A stretch of DNA of 64,000 bases from a virus (taxonomy: Duplodnaviria > Caudoviricetes): positions 1 through 64,000 of the IMG/VR virus record IMGVR_UViG_3300032285_003957; one strand, given 5' to 3'. Position numbers and translations under genes: made by a program. Of this stretch, positions 8,600 to 18,303 are shown piece after piece. A model generated the notes under the pieces. It did not search any database and had not been told where the DNA came from. It was given only the letters and a program-made list of their open reading frames with translations. Position 1 is the stretch's first letter. The number at the start of each line of letters is the position of its first letter.

Positions 8600-9227
8600 C
8601 TTTCTTTTGTGTTTTATAGTTATCAATAAAATCCTGCTTGATTTGTTCTTTTTCTTCTTTGGTGCAGAATGAAAATTCTTCTTCCAAATTTTTATCCAAA
8701 TCAAAATCTTCGTTGTCTATTTCATCATCACTCCAAGAATCCAAACGATACTCGACTTCATTCCAAAATTGGTCTCTATTGATGTTATATAATCCCTTCA
8801 TATAATCATCATATGTTTCTTCAGCTAATACACCTTCTTTATCAAATACAGAGAATCCAACAAAACCCATACCTGGTTCACTAAACTCTACACGAACTAC
8901 CACTTCAAATATCTGTGCAAGTTTTTCGCAGAATCTTTCTGGTGGTGACCAAGCCGTATCAAAACTTGCTGATATTTCGTCGTCATCATCCAAGTTCCAA
9001 CATCCGTTATCATCATAGAAGACATCCCACTTACATCCCCACCAAGCAATATGTGCATCATACCACTTCTGTTCATAATTCTCAGGGGTAATATCAGGAG
9101 GTAAACCTACAAGGGATACGAATACCCCTTGTTTGGTTTCAGCACAATTCTTTATGATATGTTTAATCATATCAAGTTTATCTTTATCACCTGTTATAGA
9201 GATAAAATTATCACACCAATTTGGCAT
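8583..9227 (-). CDS. DUF1281/YubB-type ferredoxin-like-fold protein
   Basis: MPNWCDN, WWGCKWD, FDTAWSPP, FSEPGMGFVG. Confidence 0.75.
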   Translation of the reverse strand: MPNWCDNFISITGDKDKLDMIKHIIKNCAETKQGVFVSLVGLPPDITPENYEQKWYDAHIAWWGCKWDVFYDDNGCWNLDDDDEISASFDTAWSPPERFCEKLAQIFEVVVRVEFSEPGMGFVGFSVFDKEGVLAEETYDDYMKGLYNINRDQFWNEVEYRLDSWSDDEIDNEDFDLDKNLEEEFSFCTKEEKEQIKQDFIDNYKTQKKDGQEA

Positions 9228-9270
9228 AACTATAATTTTTAAAATGTAAAATTAAATCGAATAAATTGTA

Positions 9271-9732
9271 TTACCAAGATGAATGATAGTAATAATCTCC
9301 ATCACCACCTTCTTCAGCCAATTCTTTTTCCAAGAATTTAATTGTGTTCTTTACATCCTCGTAATACCACTCATCATAGCGAGTGCTACCGAAGAAGAAA
9401 CCTTCAGCCACAGGTAATAACTCATCAGCCAATGAATGGTTCTCATCAATACGCTTAAGTAATACAAGTAATTCTTCAAGTGTTCCACTATCAACCCAAG
9501 CATCTCTACAATCATCTTCACCACCCTGACATCTATCAACAAACCATTTGTGAAGTGCATTGAACTTTCTCCAATACATCACTTCTTCGGTGATATAAGA
9601 AATACGCTTTGTTTGGATGGCTTCATATTTTTTACCACCTCGTTTAACTGATATACCCCACTCTTGAGATTTATCATTGTGCGACCAATTTTTAACATAG
9701 GTCTTTTTAGTAAGATACATATCTAATCCCAT
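9271..9732 (-). CDS. conserved phage hypothetical protein (MGLDMYL family)
   Basis: MGLDMYL, YWRKFNALHKWFV, GFFFGS, YYYHSSW. Confidence 0.8.
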   Translation of the reverse strand: MGLDMYLTKKTYVKNWSHNDKSQEWGISVKRGGKKYEAIQTKRISYITEEVMYWRKFNALHKWFVDRCQGGEDDCRDAWVDSGTLEELLVLLKRIDENHSLADELLPVAEGFFFGSTRYDEWYYEDVKNTIKFLEKELAEEGGDGDYYYHSSW

Positions 9733-9767
9733 AGTATTATGTTTTTTTTTGTAAAGGTAATTAAGAT

Positions 9768-10268
9768 TTATTGATTTACCAAATCGTAATCAAACTTTTT
9801 TGAAACAATTTTTTTCAAGTTATCGCTAATAGTTTGTTCAGGAAACATTGCAGCATAAAATTGAAATGCTGGTTGCCAATCTTCCCAATCACCATCACTT
9901 GAAAAATCAAATTGTGGTAAATGATTTGCAAGTGATATTAAACATACACATACAAAAAAGTCATAAGGCTTCCTTGCTGTCTTACAAAACTCGTTCTGTT
10001 CTTCTTCGTTGAAGTCAAAAACAAATGTTTCGTGGTCAAGCCATTTTGAAGCATCACCATTAAATCTAATACATTCAGCATTCAGTTCAGGGTGATACTT
10101 ACCAACGCCGTTGCGTAATGTAATTGGATGGTCATTAAAATGTCCTCCTGCTGTTGGCGAATGTTCAGGTAAGTTTTTCTTCATTGCTAATACTTCTTTT
10201 AAAACATCTTTGTAGCGAACCTTGTCGCCTGTTGTGGGTTTGTAACCCCAATAATGTGTGTAGCCCAT
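9768..10268 (-). CDS. conserved phage hypothetical protein (MGYTHYW family)
   Basis: MGYTHYW, FNG, HETF, FCKTARKPYD, SSDG. Confidence 0.8.
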   Translation of the reverse strand: MGYTHYWGYKPTTGDKVRYKDVLKEVLAMKKNLPEHSPTAGGHFNDHPITLRNGVGKYHPELNAECIRFNGDASKWLDHETFVFDFNEEEQNEFCKTARKPYDFFVCVCLISLANHLPQFDFSSDGDWEDWQPAFQFYAAMFPEQTISDNLKKIVSKKFDYDLVNQ

Positions 10269-10290
10269 ATGATTGTAATTTGTTTATATG

Positions 10291-10322
10291 CAAATGTAAA
10301 TCAAATAATCCATATACACAAA
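10291..10322 (-). promoter_or_regulatory. Bacteroidota sigma70 promoter TTTG-N20-TACATTTG
   Basis: Exact -33/-7 consensus; close variants at 16159-16190, 17367-17398, 18060-18090 and 18732-18763. Confidence 0.8.
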
Positions 10323-10366
10323 TTTTTTTTTAGAAATTTTTTTTGAACCTGATCACCTGTTAATTG

Positions 10367-10586
10367 TTTTCTGGCACAGCAGCCGTTCCAGGTGATCACT
10401 GGTTACAAGTTTTCTGGCACATAAAATGCCAGGAGAATGTTCGCTGCTGTTTAACGCTGCGGGAAAAACATTAAACAAAACCTTGCCAGAAAACTTGAAC
10501 CAGCTCGCCGTCTTCTGGATTTCTTGCCAGTAAACTTGTCCAGTACAGATCAGCTCAAGATGCAGGTGGAGGAAATTGCCAGGAAA
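10367..10586. repeat. CTGGCA..TGCCAG motif spacer (6 copies)
   Basis: CTGGCA at 10371, 10414; TGCCAG at 10427, 10484, 10525, 10577. Confidence 0.85.
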
Positions 10587-10625
10587 CATGTTACAGCTCA
10601 GGATGCGGGCTTCAGGTTTGGGCAT

Positions 10626-10655
10626 AAAAAAAGGGATGTCTTACGACACCCCTTA
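10626..10655 (-). terminator. intrinsic terminator
   Basis: Imperfect GGG..CCC hairpin followed by a T-run on the - strand. Confidence 0.55.
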
Positions 10656-10765
10656 TACTTACCAACACAAATTACTAACACATATAATCAAACACTGCAC
10701 AAATGTAGATAACTTTTATGAATTAAAAAAGTTTTCCACAAATTATTTTTTAACACAATATTTTA

Positions 10766-11023
10766 TTATTCATCAGCGTTGTTCCAAATTTCGTCAAAGT
10801 CATCGGTTTTTAATTCCTCCGTTGCTTGTCCGTCATTGTCTATAACTGACATAAATTCAATAACATCATCAACTTGTTCCCAACCAATGCTATCGTGTTT
10901 ACCTTCTTTAACAAACTTAATTGCTAATTCTTTTGCCTCCTCAAATGTTTCGGCTTCAATTTCAAAAGGTGTGCGATACCACGTCGTTACCTTTTGGTCT
11001 AACATAAAATCGTATGTTCCCAT
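10766..11023 (-). CDS. acidic hypothetical protein
   Basis: ORF track. Confidence 0.75.
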   Translation of the reverse strand: MGTYDFMLDQKVTTWYRTPFEIEAETFEEAKELAIKFVKEGKHDSIGWEQVDDVIEFMSVIDNDGQATEELKTDDFDEIWNNADE

Positions 11024-11221
11024 AATATTTTTTTTAGTTTAAAAAATAAAGTTGTTCTGGGACAACTTTAAAACCCCCTTTGCTTATCTTAACGAATGGG
11101 AAAAAAACCACACACATTTCATCGTAAGCAGATAAGCTATGTCTAAACCAACCGCAAGGCATCGGTGCAAGGTTTCAATAATAGAAATGGTGTGTGTGCT
11201 AAATCAAAACAGCCAAGAAAA

Positions 11222-11401
11222 TTAGTTTAAAAAATTAAAAGTAGGTTTGTCTTTAACAATCATCCATTCACAATTACTTAATGAATATTCCAAAGTAACT
11301 TCAATGAATTCTTCGTAATTATCATCAGGACAATTAACCAAATCCAATACATCAATGGATGAACTTTCAAAGTTTAGTATTACGGCGTATTTGTTATTCA
11401 T
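11222..11401 (-). CDS. 59-aa hypothetical protein
   Basis: Manual translation MNNKYAVILNFESSSIDVLD...PTFNFLN*. Confidence 0.6.
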   Translation of the reverse strand: MNNKYAVILNFESSSIDVLDLVNCPDDNYEEFIEVTLEYSLSNCEWMIVKDKPTFNFLN

Positions 11402-11714
11402 TTGAAATTCTTTTTTCGGTTTTCAATGTTTGTGCTTCATACTCTTGACACAAAAAATAAATTTCATCTAAAATGTCCTCACTTAAATTCTCATACAATT
11501 CTTCATAAGTTTCAATAGCGTCGCTACTGAATGAATTGGTGTGATACACATTAACCTCTACATAATCTTCGGTAAAGTATTCTATCAAACCAACTACACT
11601 TCCAATACTACCAACACAAGGGGAACTATCAAAGTTATCTAACTCCCCTAACGCAAAGCAACCATAAGTGCTTAGCAATTTTTTGATTTCGGATATTGTT
11701 TCTTCTTTTGTCAT
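11394..11714 (-). CDS. hypothetical protein
   Basis: ORF track; start moved to MTKEET. Confidence 0.7.
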   Translation of the reverse strand: MTKEETISEIKKLLSTYGCFALGELDNFDSSPCVGSIGSVVGLIEYFTEDYVEVNVYHTNSFSSDAIETYEELYENLSEDILDEIYFLCQEYEAQTLKTEKRISNE

Positions 11715-11719
11715 ACGAA

Positions 11720-11929
11720 TTAATTTAAAATGAATGGACAAGTTTTTGCTTTCTCTACTTTACCTTTGATACCATATTTCTTTTTGAAAAGGTGGATAGC
11801 TTCCTTCTGCGTGTAATCCCAATATTGTTGGTAGGTATTACCGAACCATATTACAATACAAATCCCACGCTGATATAATTGGATGTATCCAATTTCATCT
11901 TTTATCTTTTTCCATTGTTCTTTGGTCAT
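11720..11929 (-). CDS. hypothetical protein
   Basis: ORF track. Confidence 0.7.
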   Translation of the reverse strand: MTKEQWKKIKDEIGYIQLYQRGICIVIWFGNTYQQYWDYTQKEAIHLFKKKYGIKGKVEKAKTCPFILN

Positions 11930-11930
11930 A

Positions 11931-12128
11931 TTAATTTTTTTTAATCATCGTTTGTGAATACTCGGTTTCGTGTGTTGTATCAACGTGCTGACTTCCACGA
12001 AATCTATTTTGGTCGTGAACAACTACAACTTGGTGTGAACCCATTGGTTCCCAACCTTCCTTAATACTATTGCTTACTGCAACTGATAGTCCTTGTGGAC
12101 TACTTGATGATATTATTTTATATTCCAT
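11931..12128 (-). CDS. DUF1737-like protein
   Basis: YKII....GL...V...IKEGWEPMGS...YSQTMIK. Confidence 0.6.
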   Translation of the reverse strand: MEYKIISSSSPQGLSVAVSNSIKEGWEPMGSHQVVVVHDQNRFRGSQHVDTTHETEYSQTMIKKN

Positions 12129-12165
12129 AATGTAAAAGTAATTATGATTTTTTGATTTACCAAAT

Positions 12166-12384
12166 TTATCTATAAAGGGTTACATATTCTCCAAAGTATT
12201 CTTCGAATGTATTAACTGCGTTTTCGTAATCTCCGCTTGTCATACGACGAAAAAAGATTTCCGAATTAAGACCCAATTGTTTACATAGTCTTCCTCCAAT
12301 TCCTATTAGGTTGAAAACATTTCCGTCTGCACCCGTTAGGTCTATTTCAATTGTTTGCGGTTTTTCTTCTACTGACTTTATCAT
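12166..12384 (-). CDS. conserved phage hypothetical protein
   Basis: DLTGADGNVFNLIG...SGDY motif. Confidence 0.7.
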   Translation of the reverse strand: MIKSVEEKPQTIEIDLTGADGNVFNLIGIGGRLCKQLGLNSEIFFRRMTSGDYENAVNTFEEYFGEYVTLYR

Positions 12385-12394
12385 ATTTTTTTTT

Positions 12395-12610
12395 TTAGCT
12401 TAATAAATAATTTTTATCTTTTTTGAATTTTAAATGTCTGCACTCACCAATGGTTAAACCAATGAATTCTTTTGGTGTGAAACTAATTTCATCAGGGTAA
12501 TACTCAAACAAAAACTGCTCGGTGTTATCCTCCATTGTTACATACACTTGGGGCATTGGGTCAAAGAATGACTTTGGTTGGTCGGTAATACGACAAGAGA
12601 TTACTTTCAT
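12395..12610 (-). CDS. conserved phage hypothetical protein
   Basis: LFEYYPDEISFTPKEFIGLT. Confidence 0.7.
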   Translation of the reverse strand: MKVISCRITDQPKSFFDPMPQVYVTMEDNTEQFLFEYYPDEISFTPKEFIGLTIGECRHLKFKKDKNYLLS

Positions 12611-12621
12611 AATAATTGTTT

Positions 12622-12837
12622 TTAAATTTCGTTTTCAGCAAACATTTCGTTCCATTCTTCAGGTGTAATACCCGTCATTACAAACTCTCTTAACTCTTTG
12701 GGTAAGTGCGGAACAATGTTTTGAATTAATTCCCCGTTTTCACGACGACATTCAATTCTATCTAATTGTTCTTGTGTTACATCAACATCAAGGGTGTGGG
12801 ATAATCCACTTAATTGGCTAACTTTTGTTACTAACAT
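12622..12837 (-). CDS. conserved phage hypothetical protein
   Basis: LIQNIVPHL..ELREFVMTGITPEEW; start moved to MLVT. Confidence 0.7.
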   Translation of the reverse strand: MLVTKVSQLSGLSHTLDVDVTQEQLDRIECRRENGELIQNIVPHLPKELREFVMTGITPEEWNEMFAENEI

Positions 12838-12901
12838 AATTTGTGTTTTTTTTGTGAAGGTAAATAAGATATTTTGATTTACAAAATTTATTTTAAAAAA
12901 A

Positions 12902-13108
12902 TTATTGAATGGTTGTTGCGACAACTAATACTCTAATATGTTCTGCGTCGTTCGGTAATTCAAATCGTTCGCATAATTCATTCCATACAGAATCCTTAGC
13001 GAAATCATCACGATAGAATACAAAACTTGCACCATTGGGTTCAATGTTATCCCAATTGTGTTCGCCCAATTTTTTTACTTGGGGTTTAGTTAAGAATGCT
13101 TGTGTCAT
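12902..13108 (-). CDS. hypothetical protein
   Basis: ORF track. Confidence 0.65.
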   Translation of the reverse strand: MTQAFLTKPQVKKLGEHNWDNIEPNGASFVFYRDDFAKDSVWNELCERFELPNDAEHIRVLVVATTIQ

Positions 13109-13377
13109 TTTATTCTAATTTTTGAAATATAAACGTTTGTTAAATGAAACTTAAAACTTGACTTGGCGGAATTGAATAAAGGAACAAAACCTTCCAATGC
13201 TTCTTCAATGGTAAAGTCGTGTTCTTCTTCTATATGACATTCTTCATATAATTTATTAATAACACGCTCCTTGAAATCATCCGCATTAATTTCGTCAATA
13301 AATGAATTAACCTTTTCTTCCATTAACGCTTGGATTACATCTCTTGTGCATTGATAAGTTATTTCTTCTTTTGTCAT
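13105..13377 (-). CDS. hypothetical protein
   Basis: ORF track; start moved to MTKEEI. Confidence 0.65.
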   Translation of the reverse strand: MTKEEITYQCTRDVIQALMEEKVNSFIDEINADDFKERVINKLYEECHIEEEHDFTIEEALEGFVPLFNSAKSSFKFHLTNVYISKIRIK

Positions 13378-13479
13378 TGCTCTTTTATTTGAATGCAAGT
13401 TAAGTGTAATACTTTATATTACCAAATTTATTTTTATTTTTTTTCAAAATTTTTTGGGACGCCTGATCTGCTGCACAAG

Positions 13480-13592
13480 TTTTCTGGCACAGCAGCGGGA
13501 GCCCGGGATCCTGATATACTTTTCTGGCACTTGCCAGGAAACTCGTGGGATTATGATCACACTGCTGCAGGAGGTAATACATTTGCCAGCAG
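13480..13592. repeat. CTGGCA..TGCCAG motif spacer (4 copies)
   Basis: CTGGCA at 13484, 13524; TGCCAG at 13532, 13584. Confidence 0.8.
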
Positions 13593-13638
13593 ACTATCTT
13601 CCCGCCACGCGGCGGAAACACTTCAGCTTGTTCTAACA

Positions 13639-13670
13639 AAAAAAAAGCCCCGCATAAAAATGCAGGGCGA
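13639..13670 (-). terminator. intrinsic terminator
   Basis: GCCC..GGGC hairpin plus T-run on -. Confidence 0.55.
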
Positions 13671-13708
13671 ACTCAAAGTAATGTCCGTATTACTTCAGTT
13701 AACCTTCT

Positions 13709-14065
13709 TTAGTTTAGTATCGGCTCGTCAAGTGAATCTACTTCAGCTTTAATATCGATACCTTCTTTAATGTCTTTCTTATCTAATTTAAATAAACCCG
13801 TAACTATTGTTTTATCATAACTTGAATTTGTCAATTTACAATACACTTTAGTTAATTCATCGATAAGATAATCATACGCTTGGTCGCTTGGAGTATCGTC
13901 CTCCTCTGCCATCCATTTAGTAAAAAATTCTTCTTTAGAATAACCCCTTCTTTTTTCCAATTCAAGTTCGGCTATTCTATTAGTTAAGTCGTCAATCATT
14001 TTTAAATAATCAGGGACTTCGGCTAATGTTACCTCACCTTTGAATTTAAATTTTACTTTTGCCAT
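13709..14065 (-). CDS. hypothetical protein
   Basis: ORF track; start moved to MAKV. Confidence 0.7.
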   Translation of the reverse strand: MAKVKFKFKGEVTLAEVPDYLKMIDDLTNRIAELELEKRRGYSKEEFFTKWMAEEDDTPSDQAYDYLIDELTKVYCKLTNSSYDKTIVTGLFKLDKKDIKEGIDIKAEVDSLDEPILN

Positions 14066-14075
14066 TTTTTTAATT

Positions 14076-14654
14076 TTAATTGTTATGTAATTCGGCCAAT
14101 CGGCTTTCTTGAATCTTTTCATATTGTTCAACCATTGCTTTGGCTTCGCTTTCAGCTTCGGCTTCATCGTAATACCCACCACAACTTTCAATTACGTTTT
14201 TATGTTCGCAACCTAAATTACAAGTTTCGTTTTCATAAACTTCATATCTATAAACGTCACCCGTTAGATATTGGTCGTATGTTTTAACGTCGCTATCAAT
14301 AAGTTCGTTTAACTTGAAACTTTTATCTTCGCCAAACATTAACTTTAATTTTTCAAGTGTAATGAATACCCAACCAATTTGACCGCTATCCCATTGGCAA
14401 CCGAAAGGACTTGTGCTTATCGTAATACCGCTGTGGTCATACATATATAACGGCAGTATTGCTAAAACATTGTGGTCGCTTTCAATTTGTTCTTTTAATT
14501 CATCCCAACCATTAAAGTTATTGGACTTGTAGTCGTGCTTATCCCCAATGTTATACCTATTATGGAAACATACCATTGTGGTAACGTTGTCCCAATCCGT
14601 TCTTGGGTTCATTGAGTCGTCGTCGTTCGTAACTTGATAAGAATACTTTTTCAT
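14076..14654 (-). CDS. conserved phage hypothetical protein
   Basis: NPRTDWDN, LPLYMYDHSGITIST, WDSGQIGW, SCGGYY. Confidence 0.8.
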   Translation of the reverse strand: MKKYSYQVTNDDDSMNPRTDWDNVTTMVCFHNRYNIGDKHDYKSNNFNGWDELKEQIESDHNVLAILPLYMYDHSGITISTSPFGCQWDSGQIGWVFITLEKLKLMFGEDKSFKLNELIDSDVKTYDQYLTGDVYRYEVYENETCNLGCEHKNVIESCGGYYDEAEAESEAKAMVEQYEKIQESRLAELHNN

Positions 14655-14722
14655 TTGTGTTAAAATTTGTTGTTAAGTAATAAGCAAAGTAAATCAAATA
14701 TTTTGAAATAGAAAAATTTATT

Positions 14723-14929
14723 TTATAGGTCGCTATAAATAAATGTTTCAATCAAACGGACTAATTCGCCAATAGTCTTTTCTTCGTTTTCTTTGGTGTT
14801 ACCCCATTGCTTAAAGTCGCCACAATTATCAACATAAAAGTTAGTAATTGTTTTGTCAGGTAATAAAAAAGTTCCTACAATGCTATTATCGGCATTGAAT
14901 TTCATTTGTGCTTTGATTTTTTGTGTCAT
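14723..14929 (-). CDS. hypothetical protein
   Basis: ORF track; promoter-like sequence upstream. Confidence 0.65.
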   Translation of the reverse strand: MTQKIKAQMKFNADNSIVGTFLLPDKTITNFYVDNCGDFKQWGNTKENEEKTIGELVRLIETFIYSDL

Positions 14930-15033
14930 ATGTTTTTGTGTTTAGGGTATGAAGATAAATCAAATTTTTTAAAACACAAACTTTTTTCATATTTTTTTTC
15001 AAGATTTTTTGGCGTCATGTACCCAGTCGCAAG

Positions 15034-15117
15034 TTTTCTGGCAGGTGCCAGCAAAGTTACGGACGGGAAGATGCAGGTGGACAGCACAACAAAACTTGTA
15101 ATACTTTTGCCAGGAAA
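15034..15117. repeat. CTGGCA..TGCCAG motif spacer (3 copies)
   Basis: CTGGCA at 15038; TGCCAG at 15046, 15108. Confidence 0.8.
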
Positions 15118-15163
15118 GTTCCCGGATGGAAGATGCGTGGTTCGCGGGTATCCAAAATGTATG

Positions 15164-15199
15164 ACACAAAAAAAACCCCACTCTTGCGAGTGAGGTCTT
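15164..15199 (-). terminator. intrinsic terminator, near-identical copy at 16326-16361
   Basis: ACACA(n)CCCCACTCTT(G/T)CGAGTGAGGTCTT occurs twice. Confidence 0.7.
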
Positions 15200-15231
15200 G
15201 GGGGTTGGTTTGAGGAAAGCAAATGAAACCC

Positions 15232-15867
15232 TTATATCTTTACCTTTTGTTTTTTTGCTTTTCTTACGAACTTAACGGGTATTACCATATCCAACAAGCC
15301 ACTTTTCTTAGCTTGATAATATAATACTGAATTTTTTTCGTAAACCTCGTTGCGTGTCTTACAAGTTTTTAGAAACTCAATGATTTCTAAAGGTGCGTAT
15401 TTCACGTGTTCTTTAACTCCGAAAACTTGTGCCATTAACCCTCTGTTATATGCTCGTGCATATAATCTTGGATTGACTAACTTTAAGATACCCTTAGTTT
15501 CGTATTGACTCAACTCTGCAAGGATTTCTTCGTCAGTAAATTTTTGTTCGCCACCGAAACGCTTGGCAGGTAACAAAATGTCTAACCAACCTTTATCTTT
15601 TGCATACTCATACAATTTGTAGTTTGCTACGGATAATTTGCTTCTTGAGGGAACTTTGCTCTGCTCAATAATTAATTTAACTTGTTCGAAAGTTAAAGTT
15701 AATTCGGGTTTAACCTTTGCAGGTTTGATGTAAAGTTCATTTACAATTTTATGAAACTTTGCATACTCATACGCTAATTGATTAGCGTTTTTGAAATCGG
15801 TGAGGTTTTTATATTTTTTACTTTCCTCTTTGATTTCTTCAATAGACCACTTTTTAAATTGTGTCAT
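15232..15867 (-). CDS. basic helical-repeat protein (W(S/T)xE..LY..A repeats), putative DNA-binding
   Basis: Repeats such as WSIEEIKEESKKY..LAYEYAK and FTDEEILAELSQY..LYARA. Confidence 0.7.
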   Translation of the reverse strand: MTQFKKWSIEEIKEESKKYKNLTDFKNANQLAYEYAKFHKIVNELYIKPAKVKPELTLTFEQVKLIIEQSKVPSRSKLSVANYKLYEYAKDKGWLDILLPAKRFGGEQKFTDEEILAELSQYETKGILKLVNPRLYARAYNRGLMAQVFGVKEHVKYAPLEIIEFLKTCKTRNEVYEKNSVLYYQAKKSGLLDMVIPVKFVRKAKKQKVKI

Positions 15868-15956
15868 TTTTTGAAGTTTTAGTTAATAATTAAATTCTTG
15901 AACAAATATCGGTAGATGTTTTCATACTACCAAATTTTTTTTACTTTTTTTTTAAA

Positions 15957-16136
15957 TTATTTTTTAATCAGTTTTATTGTGCAGTATGTTGTAAAGAAAA
16001 TTGCTATTACAATTCCAACAATTATACTCATACTATAATGCTGAATATGTTTTACATATTCTCTATAAATCATAATGCGTAATGCTCCTAATGATAATAG
16101 TGAGCCGATTAATATTAATGTTGTTGTCTTACTCAT
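15957..16136 (-). CDS. small membrane protein
   Basis: Two TM segments; start moved to MSKT. Confidence 0.6.
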   Translation of the reverse strand: MSKTTTLILIGSLLSLGALRIMIYREYVKHIQHYSMSIIVGIVIAIFFTTYCTIKLIKK

Positions 16137-16243
16137 TGTATTACTTTTTAATGATGAGCAAAAATAAATCAAATATTCCATATACACAAATATTTTTTTA
16201 TAATAATTAAAATATTTTTTTCCCTGTGATCTGGATTAAATAC

Positions 16244-16285
16244 TTTTCTGGCAAAATATACCTGGTAAAAACACTTGCCAGAAAA
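16244..16285. repeat. CTGGCA..TGCCAG inverted pair
   Basis: TTTTCTGGCA at 16244 and TGCCAGAAAA at 16276. Confidence 0.8.
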
Positions 16286-16403
16286 CTTATGAGATGGATC
16301 AGGTCTGTGGACACAAGTCGTTGTAACACAAAAAAAACCCCACTCTTTCGAGTGAGGTCTTACCCTTTAAAACTAAAAACCATATAACCAAAAAACAAGT
16401 AGT

Positions 16404-16550
16404 CTACATATCGTATGCGAAGTTAGGGATAAAAAACCAAAACATAAACCAACTGAATAGAACAATTATACACAATGTTCCAATGCCACCCCAAAATTCT
16501 TTTGGGTTATCTTCGTAGGCTTCTTGTAATACTTTATATATCTCTTTCAT
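16404..16550 (-). CDS. small membrane protein
   Basis: ORF track; start moved to MKEI. Confidence 0.6.
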   Translation of the reverse strand: MKEIYKVLQEAYEDNPKEFWGGIGTLCIIVLFSWFMFWFFIPNFAYDM

Positions 16551-16551
16551 T

Positions 16552-16935
16552 TTAGTATGAATTATCGTTATATGAATTGTATGAATTGTAGTTAGGTTGA
16601 TTATTATAAACCCTTCTGCGTGGTGGTCTTTGTTGGTAGTGTGGCTGAGGTCTAAAGTTCGGGTGATTGTCATACGAAGTTTTGATTATTTCATCAAAAG
16701 TCGCACTTTCAAAATCCATATCGATAGGTTCGCCATTTTTAACACTCCACTCCATTTTCATAATTTCTTGGGGTGTTTCATCTACAAGGATATAATTATC
16801 TTTTGCAAATTGAATTTTCGTGCATTTTACTTGCGTGTTAGTATCTATCATTTCGTAGATACTCTCAATCTTATCAGTATTGATAATTGTAGGTCGGTTT
16901 TTACCAAAGTAGGTAACTTTAATTAAATTGCTCAT
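16552..16935 (-). CDS. FlbD-like N-terminal domain protein with low-complexity tail
   Basis: IKVT...IINTDKIESIYE...ILVDETPQEI. Confidence 0.5.
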   Translation of the reverse strand: MSNLIKVTYFGKNRPTIINTDKIESIYEMIDTNTQVKCTKIQFAKDNYILVDETPQEIMKMEWSVKNGEPIDMDFESATFDEIIKTSYDNHPNFRPQPHYQQRPPRRRVYNNQPNYNSYNSYNDNSY

Positions 16936-16937
16936 AA

Positions 16938-17117
16938 CTATAATTGATTGTTTAAATTTTTACTTTTTCTTTTTTTGAACATATAAAGGTTAATTTCCAA
17001 TGCAAAGAAAGGAATAATAATAGTTAATATTTCACTATCAATAATGAAACCTAACATAACACCTTGCCAATAAAAGTCAATGTGTAAATAATTGTTGCGA
17101 AAAATTTGCTTTGTCAT
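16938..17117 (-). CDS. 59-aa hypothetical membrane protein
   Basis: Manual translation MTKQIFRNNYLHIDFYWQGVMLGF... Confidence 0.5.
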   Translation of the reverse strand: MTKQIFRNNYLHIDFYWQGVMLGFIIDSEILTIIIPFFALEINLYMFKKRKSKNLNNQL

Positions 17118-17128
17118 TTGTTTAAAAA

Positions 17129-17332
17129 TTAATTGTTGTTAAAATTTTGAGGCTTAGACTTTCTCATATTACCGATATGGTATTGAGCAATAATAAATAA
17201 ACCATAAACATAAGAAACGAGGAACGCTAAAAAACACACTCCCCAAAAAATAAGGATAACTTTTTCAATAGTAGGTAATCCTTCAAAGATTGAATAAAAA
17301 ACATTTCCGAACTCTTTTAATACATTTTTCAT
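17129..17332 (-). CDS. small membrane protein
   Basis: ORF track; start moved to MKNV, downstream of a promoter. Confidence 0.6.
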   Translation of the reverse strand: MKNVLKEFGNVFYSIFEGLPTIEKVILIFWGVCFLAFLVSYVYGLFIIAQYHIGNMRKSKPQNFNNN

Positions 17333-17482
17333 TTTAATGAATTTTTGATTGTTTATTAATATGCAGTAAAGGTAAATCAAATAATTTATATACACAAATA
17401 TTTTTTTATTTTTTTTCGTTAAAATTTTGTTAATGAAATTTTGTTGTTGCAATTTTTTTTGGCGTCCCGTGAAATTTTTTAG

Positions 17483-17539
17483 TTTCCTGGCAAATTCGGT
17501 GGAAGCGAGGCCGATAGGCCGAGCATACTTGCCAGAAAA
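17483..17539. repeat. CTGGCA..TGCCAG pair enclosing an AGCGA-hairpin-GAGC element (17502-17524)
   Basis: Direct reading. Confidence 0.8.
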
Positions 17540-17636
17540 GTTACCGCCTACCAACGTAGTCTTCCTACAAACAATTTTGTTACAAAAAAAAATCCACCCT
17601 ATAAGAGTGGACTTTTAAATAAGCATCCTAAAAAAC

Positions 17637-18026
17637 CTAAATAAACTCTAAAAATTCTCTTGGCATATTACGAACTCCGTCTAATGTATAAAACTTCACT
17701 CGTGCTTTAACTTCATCAATAGTTAAGGTGCAATTAATTGTTTCACCCGTTTCAGCTTCAAAACCCATAACCACCCCGTTACCAACTAACGGCTGAGGAT
17801 AACCTTTAATTGTGAAAAACTTTGTGTCGTGTTGAATATTCAATAAACCCTCATCATCAATATAGACATCGTGACCATTGCCAATATGAGCAATATCAAA
17901 AGTTCTACATTCTAACTGAGTGTAATAATCTTCTAAACCTTTTGTAGTGTCAATAATACATTCAGTAATTGTTTCATTTTTTGAATCAATAAAAATTCCA
18001 TTTTTTAAGTGCATTGTTGAAATCAT
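17637..18026 (-). CDS. DUF3846-like protein
   Basis: DVYIDDEGLL, QPLVGNGVV. Confidence 0.65.
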   Translation of the reverse strand: MISTMHLKNGIFIDSKNETITECIIDTTKGLEDYYTQLECRTFDIAHIGNGHDVYIDDEGLLNIQHDTKFFTIKGYPQPLVGNGVVMGFEAETGETINCTLTIDEVKARVKFYTLDGVRNMPREFLEFI

Positions 18027-18167
18027 TTTGTTAAAAATTTAATTGTTAATAATATATAGCAAATGTAACTCAAATATTTTAATTCACAAACATTTATATA
18101 AAAACTTTTTATTTTTTTTTTAAAATTAATTTCACCCTATATCTTGACTACCTTACGAATTTGCAAC

Positions 18168-18212
18168 TTTTCTGGCACACTGATAATCAATGAGTTATGA
18201 TTTGCCAGCAAA
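18168..18212. repeat. CTGGCA..TGCCAG inverted pair
   Basis: 18172 and 18203. Confidence 0.75.
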
Positions 18213-18303
18213 CTTTCTTCGCGCGCTTGGCTGCAAAATTTCTCGACAAAAAAAATACCCTCACAAAATTGCAAGGGTATTATTATATAATAAGTGTTAA
18301 AGT

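Noticed and set aside
10353-17618. ORFs over the TGCCAG spacers (10353, 10524, 10576, 13393, 13400, 13454, 14906, 14926, 14999, 17427 and the extension of 17129 to 17554)
   Set aside because: Artefacts of GC-richer spacers between terminators and promoters; PG/LP words come from the DNA motif
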